Source: an uncultured Anaerolineaceae bacterium (GTDB lineage Bacteria; Chloroflexota; Anaerolineae; Anaerolineales; DRKV01). Taken from it: a stretch of DNA of 64,000 nt. The DNA is taken from positions 834-64,833 of the forward strand of contig CAZGDA010000001.1 in the NCBI GenBank assembly GCA_964524425.1, written 5' to 3'. The position numbers were made by a program, and so were the translations under genes. The notes under the pieces were generated by a model. The model was not told where the DNA came from. It did not search any database and saw only the letters and a list, made by a program, of their open reading frames with translations. Positions 1 through 9,493 of this stretch are shown piece by piece (position 1 is the stretch's first letter; each line of letters begins with the position of its first letter).

Positions 1-196
1 ATTTGTAAGCGCAGAGGACATACGCCTGGTGAGCGGCGGATTTTGGGGGAAATAATCCGCAGGGTAGATCCCGGTTAACATAGTATTCACAATCCATTGC
101 AAACTCTTAATCCACTCATAAACATCTGTTAACATAAACTTGTTATGTTTACACTGGTGTAGATTGGGAAAATTTTGGATTTGAGAGAGTAAAAAT

Positions 197-1363
197 ATGC
201 AAATTGCTTTTTTCAGCGAAGTATTTTTGCCTAAGTTTGACGGTATTACGAACACGTTGTGTCGTCTGTTCGATTACATGGAAAAGAAAGACCATCACAG
301 CATCTTGTTTGCCCCGGCGGGGGGACCAGTTCAATACGCATCAACCGTCGTGATAGGGTTACGCGGGATACCGTCTGTTTTTTACCCTGATTTTCAACTT
401 GTTCCTCCGGTTCACGACGTCTCTGTTTATATCAAAGCCTTTAAACCAGATATTATTCACCTGGTAAACCCGGTATCTTTATGTCTGACCGGCTTGTGGT
501 ACGGCTTGGAGCATAACATCCCCATAGTTGCGTCCTATCAGACAGACATTGCCGGGTTTGCCGCCCAATGGGGCTTGGGGTATTTAGGACCGATGATCTG
601 GTCTTACCTGCGCCACATTCACAATCAAGCCGATCTAAACCTTGCTCCCTCGAATTTCACCAAACAGGAACTGGTGGCAAATCAGTTCAAGAACGTGGAG
701 ATATGGAGCAGAGGCGTGGATACGACGTTATATTCACCGAGTAAATATTCAAAAGAGATGCGCTCTCGTTTGACGGGTGGGCAGTCCTCTGCCCCGCTCT
801 TGTTATACGTGGGAAGGTTATCGAGCGAGAAACGAATCACCTGGCTGCGCGCCTTGTTGGATCAATTGCCCAACGTCCGCCTGGCTATCGTCGGGGACGG
901 ACCGCAGCGTGGTGATCTGGAAAAGATGTTTGCCGGAACCGCGACCGTGTTCACCGGGTTTTTATCTGGTGAACCACTGGCGCAGGCATACGCTTCCAGT
1001 GACGCTTTTGTGTTTACTGGCGCAAACGAAACCTTTGGAAATGTTGTCCTTGAAGCGATGGCTTCAGGGTTGGCGGTTGTGGTACCCAATTCTGGCGGCG
1101 TGGTTGATTTTGTTATCCATAACAAAACCGGTCTGCTTTACGAAGCCAACGACGTAGGCAAATTTGTGGCTGAAGTCGAGCGCCTGGTGTCAAGCCGCGA
1201 GCTTTCACGCCAATTGGGTGCGGCTGCGCTGGAATATGCCCGCAACCGCAGTTGGGACTCCATCTTCGATAAGTTAATGAATACGTATCAAATGTTGTTG
1301 GAACCACGGAACTCCTTATCTACACACAAAACACGTCCGAATCCATTGATGAGCAACCTTTGA
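197..1363 (+). CDS. Glycosyltransferase, GT4 family (GT-B fold)
   Basis: 388-aa ORF from ATG 197; N-terminal FFSEVFLPKFDGI and C-terminal ETFGNVVLEAMASGLAVVVPNSGG (GT4 E-x7-E region). Confidence 0.8.
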   Translation: MQIAFFSEVFLPKFDGITNTLCRLFDYMEKKDHHSILFAPAGGPVQYASTVVIGLRGIPSVFYPDFQLVPPVHDVSVYIKAFKPDIIHLVNPVSLCLTGLWYGLEHNIPIVASYQTDIAGFAAQWGLGYLGPMIWSYLRHIHNQADLNLAPSNFTKQELVANQFKNVEIWSRGVDTTLYSPSKYSKEMRSRLTGGQSSAPLLLYVGRLSSEKRITWLRALLDQLPNVRLAIVGDGPQRGDLEKMFAGTATVFTGFLSGEPLAQAYASSDAFVFTGANETFGNVVLEAMASGLAVVVPNSGGVVDFVIHNKTGLLYEANDVGKFVAEVERLVSSRELSRQLGAAALEYARNRSWDSIFDKLMNTYQMLLEPRNSLSTHKTRPNPLMSNL

Positions 1364-1371
1364 GAAATATT

Positions 1372-2121
1372 ATGGGAAAAGCAGATTTACACATACACAG
1401 CACGTATAGTTTTGATGGTTCTGCCTCCGTGGAGGCGATTTTAGAACAAGCAGCTCGTTCTGCTCAATTGGATGTCATTGCCATTACCGATCACGATAAT
1501 ATTTTTGGGGCACAAAAAGCATTGAAGCTGGCGCCCCTGTATGGGATTCACGTGATCCCAGGGTGTGAAGTATCCACGGCGGATGGGCATTTAATTGCGT
1601 TATTTGTACACAAACCCATTCCTGCGCGCCTGCCATTAAGTACGACAATCGAACACGTGCGCGAGCAAGGCGGGATATGTGTTATCCCTCATCCAATGGC
1701 GCTGGCTGTGCATAGCGTCAGTGAAAGCAAGATCATGGAAGTGTTGCAAATTCCTGACATTCGCAGAACGCTGGTGGGAATGGAAGCCGTCAACGCCGGA
1801 TTGTTGTATCGCGGAACGAATAAGGCAGCCCAGGCGCTGTGCCAGAGGGTGGACCTTTCTCCGGTCGGCTCCAGTGATTCGCACATCAATTGGACGATCG
1901 GGCATGGCGTTACGATTTTCCCTGGAAACACACCGGTGGATTTGAGAGAGGCGTTGCTGCAAGGAAATACGCACGCCCTCAACGAGAATCGCCGCCGCTC
2001 GCTCGGTTTTTACGTTAGCTCGGTGTTTCGCCGTATGCTGCGGATGATGGGTTGGGTTACCTGGACGCCTTCACCGAATGCGTCTCTCCGCCTACGCCCG
2101 CTGGCGCAGATTCAAGAATAA
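1372..2121 (+). CDS. PHP-domain metal-dependent phosphoesterase
   Basis: DLHIHSTYSFDG and AITDHD PHP motifs; ATG 1372 preferred over TTG 1360, which overlaps the upstream stop; probably co-transcribed with the GT4 gene. Confidence 0.75.
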   Translation: MGKADLHIHSTYSFDGSASVEAILEQAARSAQLDVIAITDHDNIFGAQKALKLAPLYGIHVIPGCEVSTADGHLIALFVHKPIPARLPLSTTIEHVREQGGICVIPHPMALAVHSVSESKIMEVLQIPDIRRTLVGMEAVNAGLLYRGTNKAAQALCQRVDLSPVGSSDSHINWTIGHGVTIFPGNTPVDLREALLQGNTHALNENRRRSLGFYVSSVFRRMLRMMGWVTWTPSPNASLRLRPLAQIQE

Positions 2122-2149
2122 AGGACACAACAGAAAAATAAAAAAATCA

Positions 2150-2178
2150 TTGCCCATTTGTGCCATGTATGGTAAAAT
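2150..2178 (+). promoter_or_regulatory. Sigma70-type promoter for the tRNA-Ser pair
   Basis: TTGCCC (2150-2155), 17-nt spacer, TGgTAAAAT extended -10 (2170-2178), about 50 nt upstream of the first tRNA. Confidence 0.45.
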
Positions 2179-2229
2179 TAGGGCAGTGGGGCGGAGTTTC
2201 CCTATCCAGGGAGCGACATCCCTGCATCT

Positions 2230-2316
2230 GGAGGGATGGCCGAGTGGACGAAGGCGCCTGTCTTGAAAACAGGTGTGGGTGTGAATCCACCGAGGGTTCG
2301 AATCCCTCTCCCTCCG
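2230..2316 (+). tRNA. tRNA-Ser (anticodon UGA)
   Basis: GGAGGGA acceptor pairs with TCCCTCC; GCCGAGTGG D-loop; anticodon loop CTTGAAA; long variable arm; GGTTCGAATCC T-loop; no encoded CCA. Confidence 0.9.
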
Positions 2317-2333
2317 CTGGATAACTACATATT

Positions 2334-2427
2334 GGGGAGGTGCCAGAGTGGACGATTGGGGCCGCCTGCTAAGTGGTTGTCGGGGTTAAAGCCTCGACCG
2401 AGGGTTCGAATCCCTCCCTCCCCGCCA
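2334..2427 (+). tRNA. tRNA-Ser (anticodon GCU)
   Basis: GGGGAGG acceptor pairs with CCTCCCC; anticodon loop CTGCTAA; long variable arm; GGTTCGAATCC T-loop; CCA encoded (2425-2427). Confidence 0.9.
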
Positions 2428-2487
2428 CGTCAATCAAGAGGAACGTTTTGTTTGCGCTCCTCTTGTTTCTTAAATCAGGAAGAAAAA

Positions 2488-2916
2488 ATGATAAAAGCCA
2501 TCTTTTTCAGCGAGGGTGTCGTACAGGTGTTCATCGGAATTGGCGCGCTTATTTCGGGTTTGCTGCTGGTAATTGCGCCGGACGGCAGTTTTTTCCAGAT
2601 GTCCGTGGATACGCTTGCCAATTCCCCCTTCCACGATTTTCTTATCCCCGGGCTAATTCTGATGACGGTCAACGGGCTGGGGAGCTTGGCTGGCGCGGTT
2701 TTTAGTTTCAAAAGGCACGCCCTGGCAGGTTACGCCGGTATGGTGTTTGGCTTTGGGTTGATGATCTGGATTTTCGTGCAGGTCAATTTGATTGGAGGCG
2801 GGCATTGGCTGCAATATCTGTATTTCAGCCTCGGTGTTCTTGAAACTGTACTGGCTATTCTGATGCACGAGGTGATCTTGGACGACGAGCGCATGAAACC
2901 GTTCCTGCGCTGGTAA
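2488..2916 (+). CDS. Small integral membrane protein, function unknown
   Basis: ORF-track ORF 2236-2916 overlaps both tRNAs in its 5' part; ATG 2488 (MIKAIFF...) lies after them and gives a 142-aa strongly hydrophobic protein. Confidence 0.55.
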   Translation: MIKAIFFSEGVVQVFIGIGALISGLLLVIAPDGSFFQMSVDTLANSPFHDFLIPGLILMTVNGLGSLAGAVFSFKRHALAGYAGMVFGFGLMIWIFVQVNLIGGGHWLQYLYFSLGVLETVLAILMHEVILDDERMKPFLRW

Positions 2917-2976
2917 GCGGCAGGGCGAGTTTCATTGCTAATGCGCTTGCTTCAAAAGGGCAGGGCGCTGCACGAT

Positions 2977-3813
2977 TCAGGGGGCGGACTGCATAAAATT
3001 GACAATCGCCAGGTTTTTATCGCACGATTCGTACGTGTCAAAATAAACCTTGGGGGAAAGCGGGCTGCCTTGGGCATCCAGGAGCTGCACCGAGAGCGTT
3101 CTTTCGGTATACAGTGGTTTGGGGCTGATTTGGATTTCGTAACCGGCGGGACCGTAGGTGAGGGCACTGCCGCTGATGGCGCTGAGGCTGATTTCACTCT
3201 CTCCCAGGTAGCCCTGCACACTGACGGTGATTTGCGGCACGGGTTCACCCCTGGCGTTGAACACCTGTCCGGCGATGCCAGACCAATCGCAGGTGCGGCT
3301 TTCGGCAGCAGAGGCGGCGCGGATGTAAAACGGGCTACCGCTTTGCGGCACGTACTCGCCGCTTTCCTCTACAGGCGTTTCGGGCAAGCCCAGTGTGGGG
3401 GCGGGGGTGATGGAAGCGTTGGCGGGTGGCGTAACGAGTGCCAGCGTTGGAGCCGGAGTGATGGTAACTGCGTCTTCTTCTCCTTCGTGAAAGCCAACTC
3501 CTGCAACCGTGGCAGATGGCTCAGCCGTCTGCACAGCAAAGGACGTCCCTGGCGTTGTGCTAGGGAGAGGGACTGCGTGGGTGGGTTGGGCAGCCCCTGG
3601 CAGTTGCAGAGAAGCACTCACTTTGGGGAGAAACCGAGGGATGATGACGAAGCGCACGATAAAAAACGCCACCACTAGAATGATAAGTAAATTAAGATAC
3701 CCCAATCCGACGTAAAATTTATGCCCGTTGGGACGACGACGATCCATTTGTTCTTTATTGTCTGGCTGGTTGTGGGTCAACTCATCTTCTAGGCTGCGCT
3801 TTGGATTTAACAT
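2977..3813 (-). CDS. Membrane-anchored hypothetical protein with Pro/Thr/Ala-rich linker
   Basis: 278-aa ORF; AGGAGGG SD upstream of ATG; one N-terminal TM helix (LGYLNLLIILVVAFFIVRFVII); no recognisable catalytic motif. Confidence 0.6.
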   Translation of the reverse strand: MLNPKRSLEDELTHNQPDNKEQMDRRRPNGHKFYVGLGYLNLLIILVVAFFIVRFVIIPRFLPKVSASLQLPGAAQPTHAVPLPSTTPGTSFAVQTAEPSATVAGVGFHEGEEDAVTITPAPTLALVTPPANASITPAPTLGLPETPVEESGEYVPQSGSPFYIRAASAAESRTCDWSGIAGQVFNARGEPVPQITVSVQGYLGESEISLSAISGSALTYGPAGYEIQISPKPLYTERTLSVQLLDAQGSPLSPKVYFDTYESCDKNLAIVNFMQSAP

Positions 3814-3829
3814 GCGCCCTCCTGTTATT

Positions 3830-4768
3830 TTATGGTGGGGTAGTTACTTCTATGGTACTCTGCTTCTTCCGCTCTGTCAACCAGTCATTTATCGCTTTCG
3901 ATTGTATCATCAAGAGAGCATCTGGCGCCAGCGCGTGCTGGGGGTCGCGCTCGACCACTTGCAGAATGTGATAGCCCATTTGCGTCTGGATGACGGGGCT
4001 GTATTCTCCAGCTTCCAATTGTTTTTGTTGAGCCGAACCGAAGCAATACGCGTCTAATTCTGGCAACAGCAGGTAGCCGCGTGGAAACCAACCCAGGTCT
4101 CCCCCCGCCAATATTCCTGCCTCTTTGGCAAGGTCTTCAAACTTTTCTCCGCCCTGCAAGCGGGCGTAAAACTCATTGGCTCTTTCCACGTCAAAAAATA
4201 AAAGTTGGCGTGCGTGTACTTGTTCAGCCAGCGAAGGAACGGAGACGAGGATTCTGTCGCGCATCCAGGCAGCCGCCGAGTCGCGCTGCAAGGCATTTTT
4301 AAAACTGTCTGCGGTGTATTGATTGGCGCTGAGCCAGTCTTGAAATGCCTGCGCCCCGCCCGCTTTTTCTGCAATCGAATTGACTTTTTCTTGAAGAGCG
4401 GCATCATCAAGGGAGAAGCCGGCTTCGTAAGCAGCCTGGGCAAGCAATAGGCGGGCGGTCAGATCCTCGATGACGTGGGTTTTATGCTCGGTGCGCACGG
4501 ATGACGGGCGCGGCACCAACACAGCCAGGTAGCGTTCCAGTTCCGCCTGGTATTCTTCCACTGAAATGGGTTCGCCGTTTACCCAGGCGGCAGCCGGCAA
4601 TGGTGTGTTTGTGGCGGTGGAGGATGGGGTTGGGTCTTGTACGCTGGCGGTGGCGGGGGTGAGGGTCTGAACGACCTGCGTACGCTTGCTCAAGGTGCAT
4701 CCTGCTGCAACGGCTGACAGAAAACACACAAGGAAAACAATAGACCTAAAAAAACGCACACCCTTCAT
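3830..4768 (-). CDS. PpiC/parvulin-type peptidyl-prolyl isomerase lipoprotein (PrsA/SurA-like)
   Basis: Lipobox LSAVAAGC; C-terminal parvulin region HARQLLF...GGDLGWFPRG...GYHILQVVERD. Confidence 0.75.
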   Translation of the reverse strand: MKGVRFFRSIVFLVCFLSAVAAGCTLSKRTQVVQTLTPATASVQDPTPSSTATNTPLPAAAWVNGEPISVEEYQAELERYLAVLVPRPSSVRTEHKTHVIEDLTARLLLAQAAYEAGFSLDDAALQEKVNSIAEKAGGAQAFQDWLSANQYTADSFKNALQRDSAAAWMRDRILVSVPSLAEQVHARQLLFFDVERANEFYARLQGGEKFEDLAKEAGILAGGDLGWFPRGYLLLPELDAYCFGSAQQKQLEAGEYSPVIQTQMGYHILQVVERDPQHALAPDALLMIQSKAINDWLTERKKQSTIEVTTPP

Positions 4769-4924
4769 AGCAGGTTAATTCTACCACGTTTTTGCCGCGC
4801 GTAGACCTGACAGGTCGTCGGAAACCTGCCAGGTCTTTAGAGACCACGAGGAAGAAATACGAATTCGTCAAGGAATTATGTGAATGCTTGCCCTATCTAC
4901 GGAGCGAGCTGTGTTTCTTTGCGC

Positions 4925-6109
4925 TTAAAAAGCGCGCAACACGTCTTCTAACACGGCGCATACCTGTTCGACCTGCGCTTCCGTCATAACGCCAGAGAAG
5001 GGCAAAGCCAATCCTCTGCGTCCCAATTCTTCGGTAACGGGAAAATCTCCCAGGCGGTAGCCAAATTGTTCGGCAATGTAAGGTTGCAGATGAATGGGCA
5101 GGAAATAAGGGCGGGCAGGCACGCCGCGCTTGCTCAGTTCGCGCGCCACGCGGTCGCGGTCCACTTTGGGGGCAAAACGCACGACGTACACGAACCAGCT
5201 TGGGCGCGTGGTTGTCGGAGCGAGGTATGGCGGTTCAACGGCGGCGATTTGCTGAAGCCGCTGCGTATACCAGTTTGCCACGCGCTGGCGTTTTTCCATC
5301 AAGTCGTCCAGGCGTTCCATCTGCACTCGCCCAATGGCGGCGCTCATTTCGTCCAGGCGGTAGTTATATCCCAGGAAAGTGTGTTGCAGCCAGGTATCAC
5401 CAACGGCGCGTCCCTGGTTACGCAGAGAGCGCATGAAGTTTGCCGCTTCCTCGTCTTGGGTAACGATCATCCCGCCTTCGCCGGTGGTGATCTGTTTGTT
5501 TGGGTAAAAGGCAAACACGGCAAAATCTCCCAGCAGACCAGCCGGGCGGTTTTTATACGTGGCGCCCAACGCCTCGCAGGCGTCTTCGATGACTGGCAGG
5601 TCATATTGGCGGGCGATTTCCAGCAAGGGGTCGGAATCCGCCGGCTGCCCAAAAACGTCCACGCTGAGAATCGCCTTGAGCGCCCCAGCTTTGCCTGCGC
5701 TGCCGTTCACGCTGCGGCGTGGCAGCCAGCGGCTGGCGGCTTTCCCACCTTCACTGAGATCGCGCACCGCCTGACAGGCTTGTTCCACGTCCAGGTTGCC
5801 GGTTTTAGCGTCCACATCCACGTAGATTGGCACGCCGCGCTCGTAGAGAATCACGTTAGAGGAGCTGACGAACGAAAATGGGCTGGTGAGCACGAAATCG
5901 CCGTCGCGCACGCCGGCGGCGCGCACGCACAGGTGTAAGCCAGCCGTACCGGAGTTCACGCCAATCGCCTGGGCGCAGCCCAGGCGTTGACGAAAGGCGT
6001 CCTCAAAGGCTTCAATTTGCTTGCCGATGCTGAGAATGGGCGTGTTTAACACCGCCGCCACAGCCTGACGCTCGGCTTCGCCGATATCGGGGGATGACAT
6101 GGGGATCAT
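4925..6109 (-). CDS. DegT/DnrJ/EryC1/StrS-family PLP aminotransferase
   Basis: 394-aa ORF; family pattern FAFYPNKQITTGEGGMIV (PLP lysine) and GYNYRLDEMSAAIG. Confidence 0.85.
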   Translation of the reverse strand: MIPMSSPDIGEAERQAVAAVLNTPILSIGKQIEAFEDAFRQRLGCAQAIGVNSGTAGLHLCVRAAGVRDGDFVLTSPFSFVSSSNVILYERGVPIYVDVDAKTGNLDVEQACQAVRDLSEGGKAASRWLPRRSVNGSAGKAGALKAILSVDVFGQPADSDPLLEIARQYDLPVIEDACEALGATYKNRPAGLLGDFAVFAFYPNKQITTGEGGMIVTQDEEAANFMRSLRNQGRAVGDTWLQHTFLGYNYRLDEMSAAIGRVQMERLDDLMEKRQRVANWYTQRLQQIAAVEPPYLAPTTTRPSWFVYVVRFAPKVDRDRVARELSKRGVPARPYFLPIHLQPYIAEQFGYRLGDFPVTEELGRRGLALPFSGVMTEAQVEQVCAVLEDVLRAF

Positions 6110-6136
6110 AGACGGGTTTCTCGAGCGCCTTACAGG

Positions 6137-6838
6137 CTAGTCGCGCCGCCGCCCGCCGGTGAGCAGAATGACGTAATATAAAAGCGTGGATAGTGCTTGA
6201 ATGGCAGCCGCCACGTAAGTCAGCGCCGCAGCGTCTAAAACGCTGTTTACCCCACTGCGATCGTTTTGGGAGATAATGCCCATGTTCACCAGGGCTTCTT
6301 TGGCGCGGCTGGTGGCGTTAAATTCCACTGGCAGAGTAACGATGGCGAACAACGCCGTCAATGCAAACAAGCCTACCCCCAGCCAGGCAACCGAATGTCC
6401 GAGTGTGCCGCTCATAAAGAACCCCACCATGAATATGACGGGACCCAGCCAACTGCCTATCTGGACGGAGGGCACCAGGGTCGAGCGGATGTACAAGGGG
6501 AAGTAGCCTTGTTGGTCTTGTAAGGCGTGTCCGGCTTCGTGCGCCGCCACGCCTACCGAAGCGATGCTGTTGCCGCGATACACGTCCGGGCTAAGACGCA
6601 GCACTTTTTTACCGGGGTCGTAGTGGTCGCTTAAAAATCCGTTCACCGGTTCAACCTGAACGTTGTATAATCCGTTCGAGTCCAGGATGCGACGGGCTGC
6701 CTCACCGCCAGAAAGCCCCGAGGCGGCGCGCACGCGTGAATATTTTCCAAACGCAGATTTGACTTTAAACTGCGCCCACAAGCCTAAAATCAACGCCGGC
6801 AGGGCGATGATAAAATACAAGGGGTCAAAGTAAAACAT
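6137..6838 (-). CDS. Membrane zinc metallopeptidase (YugP-like, Zn_peptidase_2 type)
   Basis: MFYFDPLYF start, HEAGHALQ zinc motif, several TM helices. Confidence 0.8.
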   Translation of the reverse strand: MFYFDPLYFIIALPALILGLWAQFKVKSAFGKYSRVRAASGLSGGEAARRILDSNGLYNVQVEPVNGFLSDHYDPGKKVLRLSPDVYRGNSIASVGVAAHEAGHALQDQQGYFPLYIRSTLVPSVQIGSWLGPVIFMVGFFMSGTLGHSVAWLGVGLFALTALFAIVTLPVEFNATSRAKEALVNMGIISQNDRSGVNSVLDAAALTYVAAAIQALSTLLYYVILLTGGRRRD

Positions 6839-7095
6839 GGATTGTGCCTCCTACTTTATCCATTCCAGAGATAAAACGAGCGATTTTGTCATTTTGCAAA
6901 GGTTGTGGATGCCGCTCAGTTCCGTCCCTTTCCTGTAATTAACACCTATCTCTACATTATACTAGATATATTACGAAGAACATGGGATAGAGTCAAGCCG
7001 TTTCGCGCCTATCTTATCATCTTCTAACATGCTTTATGTAAAAGATTAACCTGAATGAAATCGGGCATAAGGCGTTGTTTCATGCACGAAGAATG

Positions 7096-7104
7096 TGGTA
7101 AAAT
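7096..7104 (+). promoter_or_regulatory. Extended -10 element upstream of gpmA
   Basis: TGgTAAAAT about 78 nt upstream of ATG 7182. Confidence 0.35.
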
Positions 7105-7181
7105 CAAGCAGCATCGCAAAAATTCTCGTAATGTATGATTCTTTTTGGGAAAGAATTAAAATCTAAACAAAGGAGTTGGAT

Positions 7182-7940
7182 ATGAGTATTAAACTGGTAT
7201 TGGTTCGTCATGGGGAAAGCCTCTGGAATAAAGAAAACCGCTTTACTGGTTGGACAGACGTTGACCTCAACGAAAAAGGAATTGAAGAAGCTCACCAGGC
7301 GGGCAAACTCCTCGCCGCCGAAGGCTTTACCTTTGATGTGGCACTGACTTCCGTGCTCAAACGCGCCATTCACACGTTGTGGATCATCCTGGACGAAATG
7401 GACCTGGTGTGGATTCCGGTAGAACGCACCTGGCGTTTGAACGAGCGCCATTACGGCGACCTGCAAGGCTTAAACAAGGCGGAAACGGCGGAGAAATTTG
7501 GGCAGGATCAGGTAAAAATCTGGCGGCGCAGTTACGACGTCCCACCTCCTCCCCTGGCAGTGGACGACCCGCGCCACCCGCGCTTTGACGTGCGCTACAA
7601 GGGCAAACTCGACCCGGCTTTCCTGCCAGCTTGTGAAAGCCTGAAACTCACTCTGGATCGGGTGCTGCCATACTGGAACGATGCCATCGTACCGCGTTTG
7701 CTCGCCGGACAGCGCGTGCTTGTGGCTGCGCATGGCAACAGTTTGCGTGCTATGGTCAAACACCTGGATAACATTTCCGAGCAGGAGATCGTCGAGTTGA
7801 ACATCCCCACCGGTATTCCGCTGGTATACGAATTTGACGACAACCTTAAGGTGATTGAGCGGCACTACCTGGGCGACCCGGCAGCCGTCAAAGCTGCCGC
7901 CGAGGCTGTTGCCCGTCAGGCAGAGGCGAAAAAGAAGTAG
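7182..7940 (+). CDS. gpmA: 2,3-bisphosphoglycerate-dependent phosphoglycerate mutase
   Basis: [18 protein letters not shown] histidine-phosphatase motif; AGGAG SD at 7171-7175 favours ATG 7182 over TTG 7176. Confidence 0.9.
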   Translation: MSIKLVLVRHGESLWNKENRFTGWTDVDLNEKGIEEAHQAGKLLAAEGFTFDVALTSVLKRAIHTLWIILDEMDLVWIPVERTWRLNERHYGDLQGLNKAETAEKFGQDQVKIWRRSYDVPPPPLAVDDPRHPRFDVRYKGKLDPAFLPACESLKLTLDRVLPYWNDAIVPRLLAGQRVLVAAHGNSLRAMVKHLDNISEQEIVELNIPTGIPLVYEFDDNLKVIERHYLGDPAAVKAAAEAVARQAEAKKK

Positions 7941-7972
7941 CAAGCGTTCGTTAACGCAAAGGATGGTACGGA

Positions 7973-8572
7973 ATGAGCGTCCTGGTTGCGCGAGAAGCGC
8001 CCGATTTTGTGGCTGCGGCGGTCATGCCGGACGGAAAAATCAAAAAAGATTTCCGCCTGGCGGAATTGCGCGGCAAGTATGTGGTCTTGTTTTTCTGGCC
8101 TCTGGATTTCAGCTTTGTCTGCCCAACGGAGATCATCGCTCACGACAACCGCATCAGTCAGTTCCAAGAGCGTAACGTGGAAGTTGTGGGAGTGTCCATT
8201 GATTCGGAATACACACATTGTGCCTGGCGCAACACACCGGTGGAAAAGGGGGGGATTGGCAAGGTGGCTTTTCCCATCGTGGCAGATATAAACCACACAA
8301 TTGCGCGCGCCTACGGCGTGGAACACCCAGATGGGGTGGCGTTGCGCGCTTCTTTTCTCATTGACTGTAATGGAATTGTGCAGCATCAGACAATCAACAA
8401 CCTGGACCTGGGACGCAACGTGGACGAAATGCTGCGCATCGTGGATGCGTTACAATACAGCGAGAAGCACGGTGAAGTATGCCCGGCTGGCTGGCAAAAA
8501 GGCGAAGGTGGAATGCGAGCCGACGCGGATGGCGTGGCGTTTTTCCTTTCGGGGCACGCCGCAGAGTTGTGA
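7973..8572 (+). CDS. Typical 2-Cys peroxiredoxin (AhpC/Tsa family)
   Basis: FFWPLDFSFVCPTEI peroxidatic Cys and GEVCPAGW resolving Cys. Confidence 0.9.
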   Translation: MSVLVAREAPDFVAAAVMPDGKIKKDFRLAELRGKYVVLFFWPLDFSFVCPTEIIAHDNRISQFQERNVEVVGVSIDSEYTHCAWRNTPVEKGGIGKVAFPIVADINHTIARAYGVEHPDGVALRASFLIDCNGIVQHQTINNLDLGRNVDEMLRIVDALQYSEKHGEVCPAGWQKGEGGMRADADGVAFFLSGHAAEL

Positions 8573-8614
8573 GGATTCTGGAATAACGATTGGTGAGGTT
8601 ACAACGAGGTTAAC

Positions 8615-9493
8615 ATGTCAAAACTAAAAGAACGTCTTTCCCGACCTGGTGTTTTGGTTACCGATGGAGCCACGGGGACAATGCTGCAACGCGCTGGACT
8701 GCCTGCCGGCGCACCTTCCGAGAGTTGGGTGTTACAAAACCCGGACGGCGTGCGTGATTTGCATCGCGGCTACGTGAACGCTGGTTCGGACGTGATTCTG
8801 ACCAATACTTTTGGCGGAACGCGCGTCAAGCTAAACAACGCCGCGCTGGGAGATAAGGTCGTAGAAATTAACCGCACGGCAGCGCAACTGGCGCGCGAAA
8901 TTGCCGCCGATAAAGCCCTCGTGTTTGGGGATATCGGTCCAACCGGAAAAATCCTTGAACCGTTAGGTCCGCTAGGGTACGCAGATGCGGTGAAGACTTT
9001 TGCAGAACAAGCCAAAGGTCTGGTTGAGGGCGGCGTGGATGCCATTATTGTCGAGACGATGAGCGACTTGAATGAAGCCAAAGCTGCCATTGAGGGTGTG
9101 CGCCAGGTGAGTGATCTGTTTCTGGTAGTAACGATGAGTTTTGACACGCGCGGGCGCACGATGATGGGTGTGAAACCTGTCGCAGCCGCGCAGGAATTTT
9201 CCGCCTTGAAAGTGGATGCCATTGGCGCAAATTGCGGCAGGACGCTGGAAGAGACGCTGACTGCCATTCGGGAAATGCGCCAGGCTTTCCCTGACGCGGT
9301 CTTGTGGGCAAAACCCAACGCCGGACTGCCGCACATAGACGGCAGCGATACCGTTTACGACGTTACCCCACAAACGATGGCGGAATATGCACTTAAATTT
9401 GCCGAACAAGGAGTGAAGTTTTTTGGCGGCTGCTGCGGCAGCACCCCGGAACACATCCAGGCTGTTGCCAAAGCTCTTCACGCAGCGAGTTAA
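8615..9493 (+). CDS. Homocysteine S-methyltransferase domain protein (stand-alone MetH N-terminal-like module)
   Basis: TNTFG and GGCCGSTPEHI zinc/homocysteine-binding motifs; 292 aa, no cobalamin domain. Confidence 0.8.
   Translation: MSKLKERLSRPGVLVTDGATGTMLQRAGLPAGAPSESWVLQNPDGVRDLHRGYVNAGSDVILTNTFGGTRVKLNNAALGDKVVEINRTAAQLAREIAADKALVFGDIGPTGKILEPLGPLGYADAVKTFAEQAKGLVEGGVDAIIVETMSDLNEAKAAIEGVRQVSDLFLVVTMSFDTRGRTMMGVKPVAAAQEFSALKVDAIGANCGRTLEETLTAIREMRQAFPDAVLWAKPNAGLPHIDGSDTVYDVTPQTMAEYALKFAEQGVKFFGGCCGSTPEHIQAVAKALHAAS

Noticed and set aside
36-60. Hairpin GCGGATT...AATCCGC at the window start as a terminator
   Set aside because: The stem is only 7 bp with an 11-nt loop and has no adjacent T-run on either strand. 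The upstream gene context is outside the window.
2236-2487. 5' extension of ORF 2236-2916 across the two tRNA-Ser genes
   Set aside because: The extension is simply the translation of tRNA sequence. The real CDS most plausibly starts at ATG 2488.
5066-5938. Long antisense or alternative-frame ORFs in the track (for example 5066-5938, 10487-11152, 20884-21363, 32544-33233, 35234-35776, 40520-41479, 28501-29088)
   Set aside because: Each lies inside, and opposite or out of frame to, an ORF with clear family motifs. Their translations are low-complexity or Arg/Ala/Gly-biased, as expected for shadow frames of GC-rich genes.
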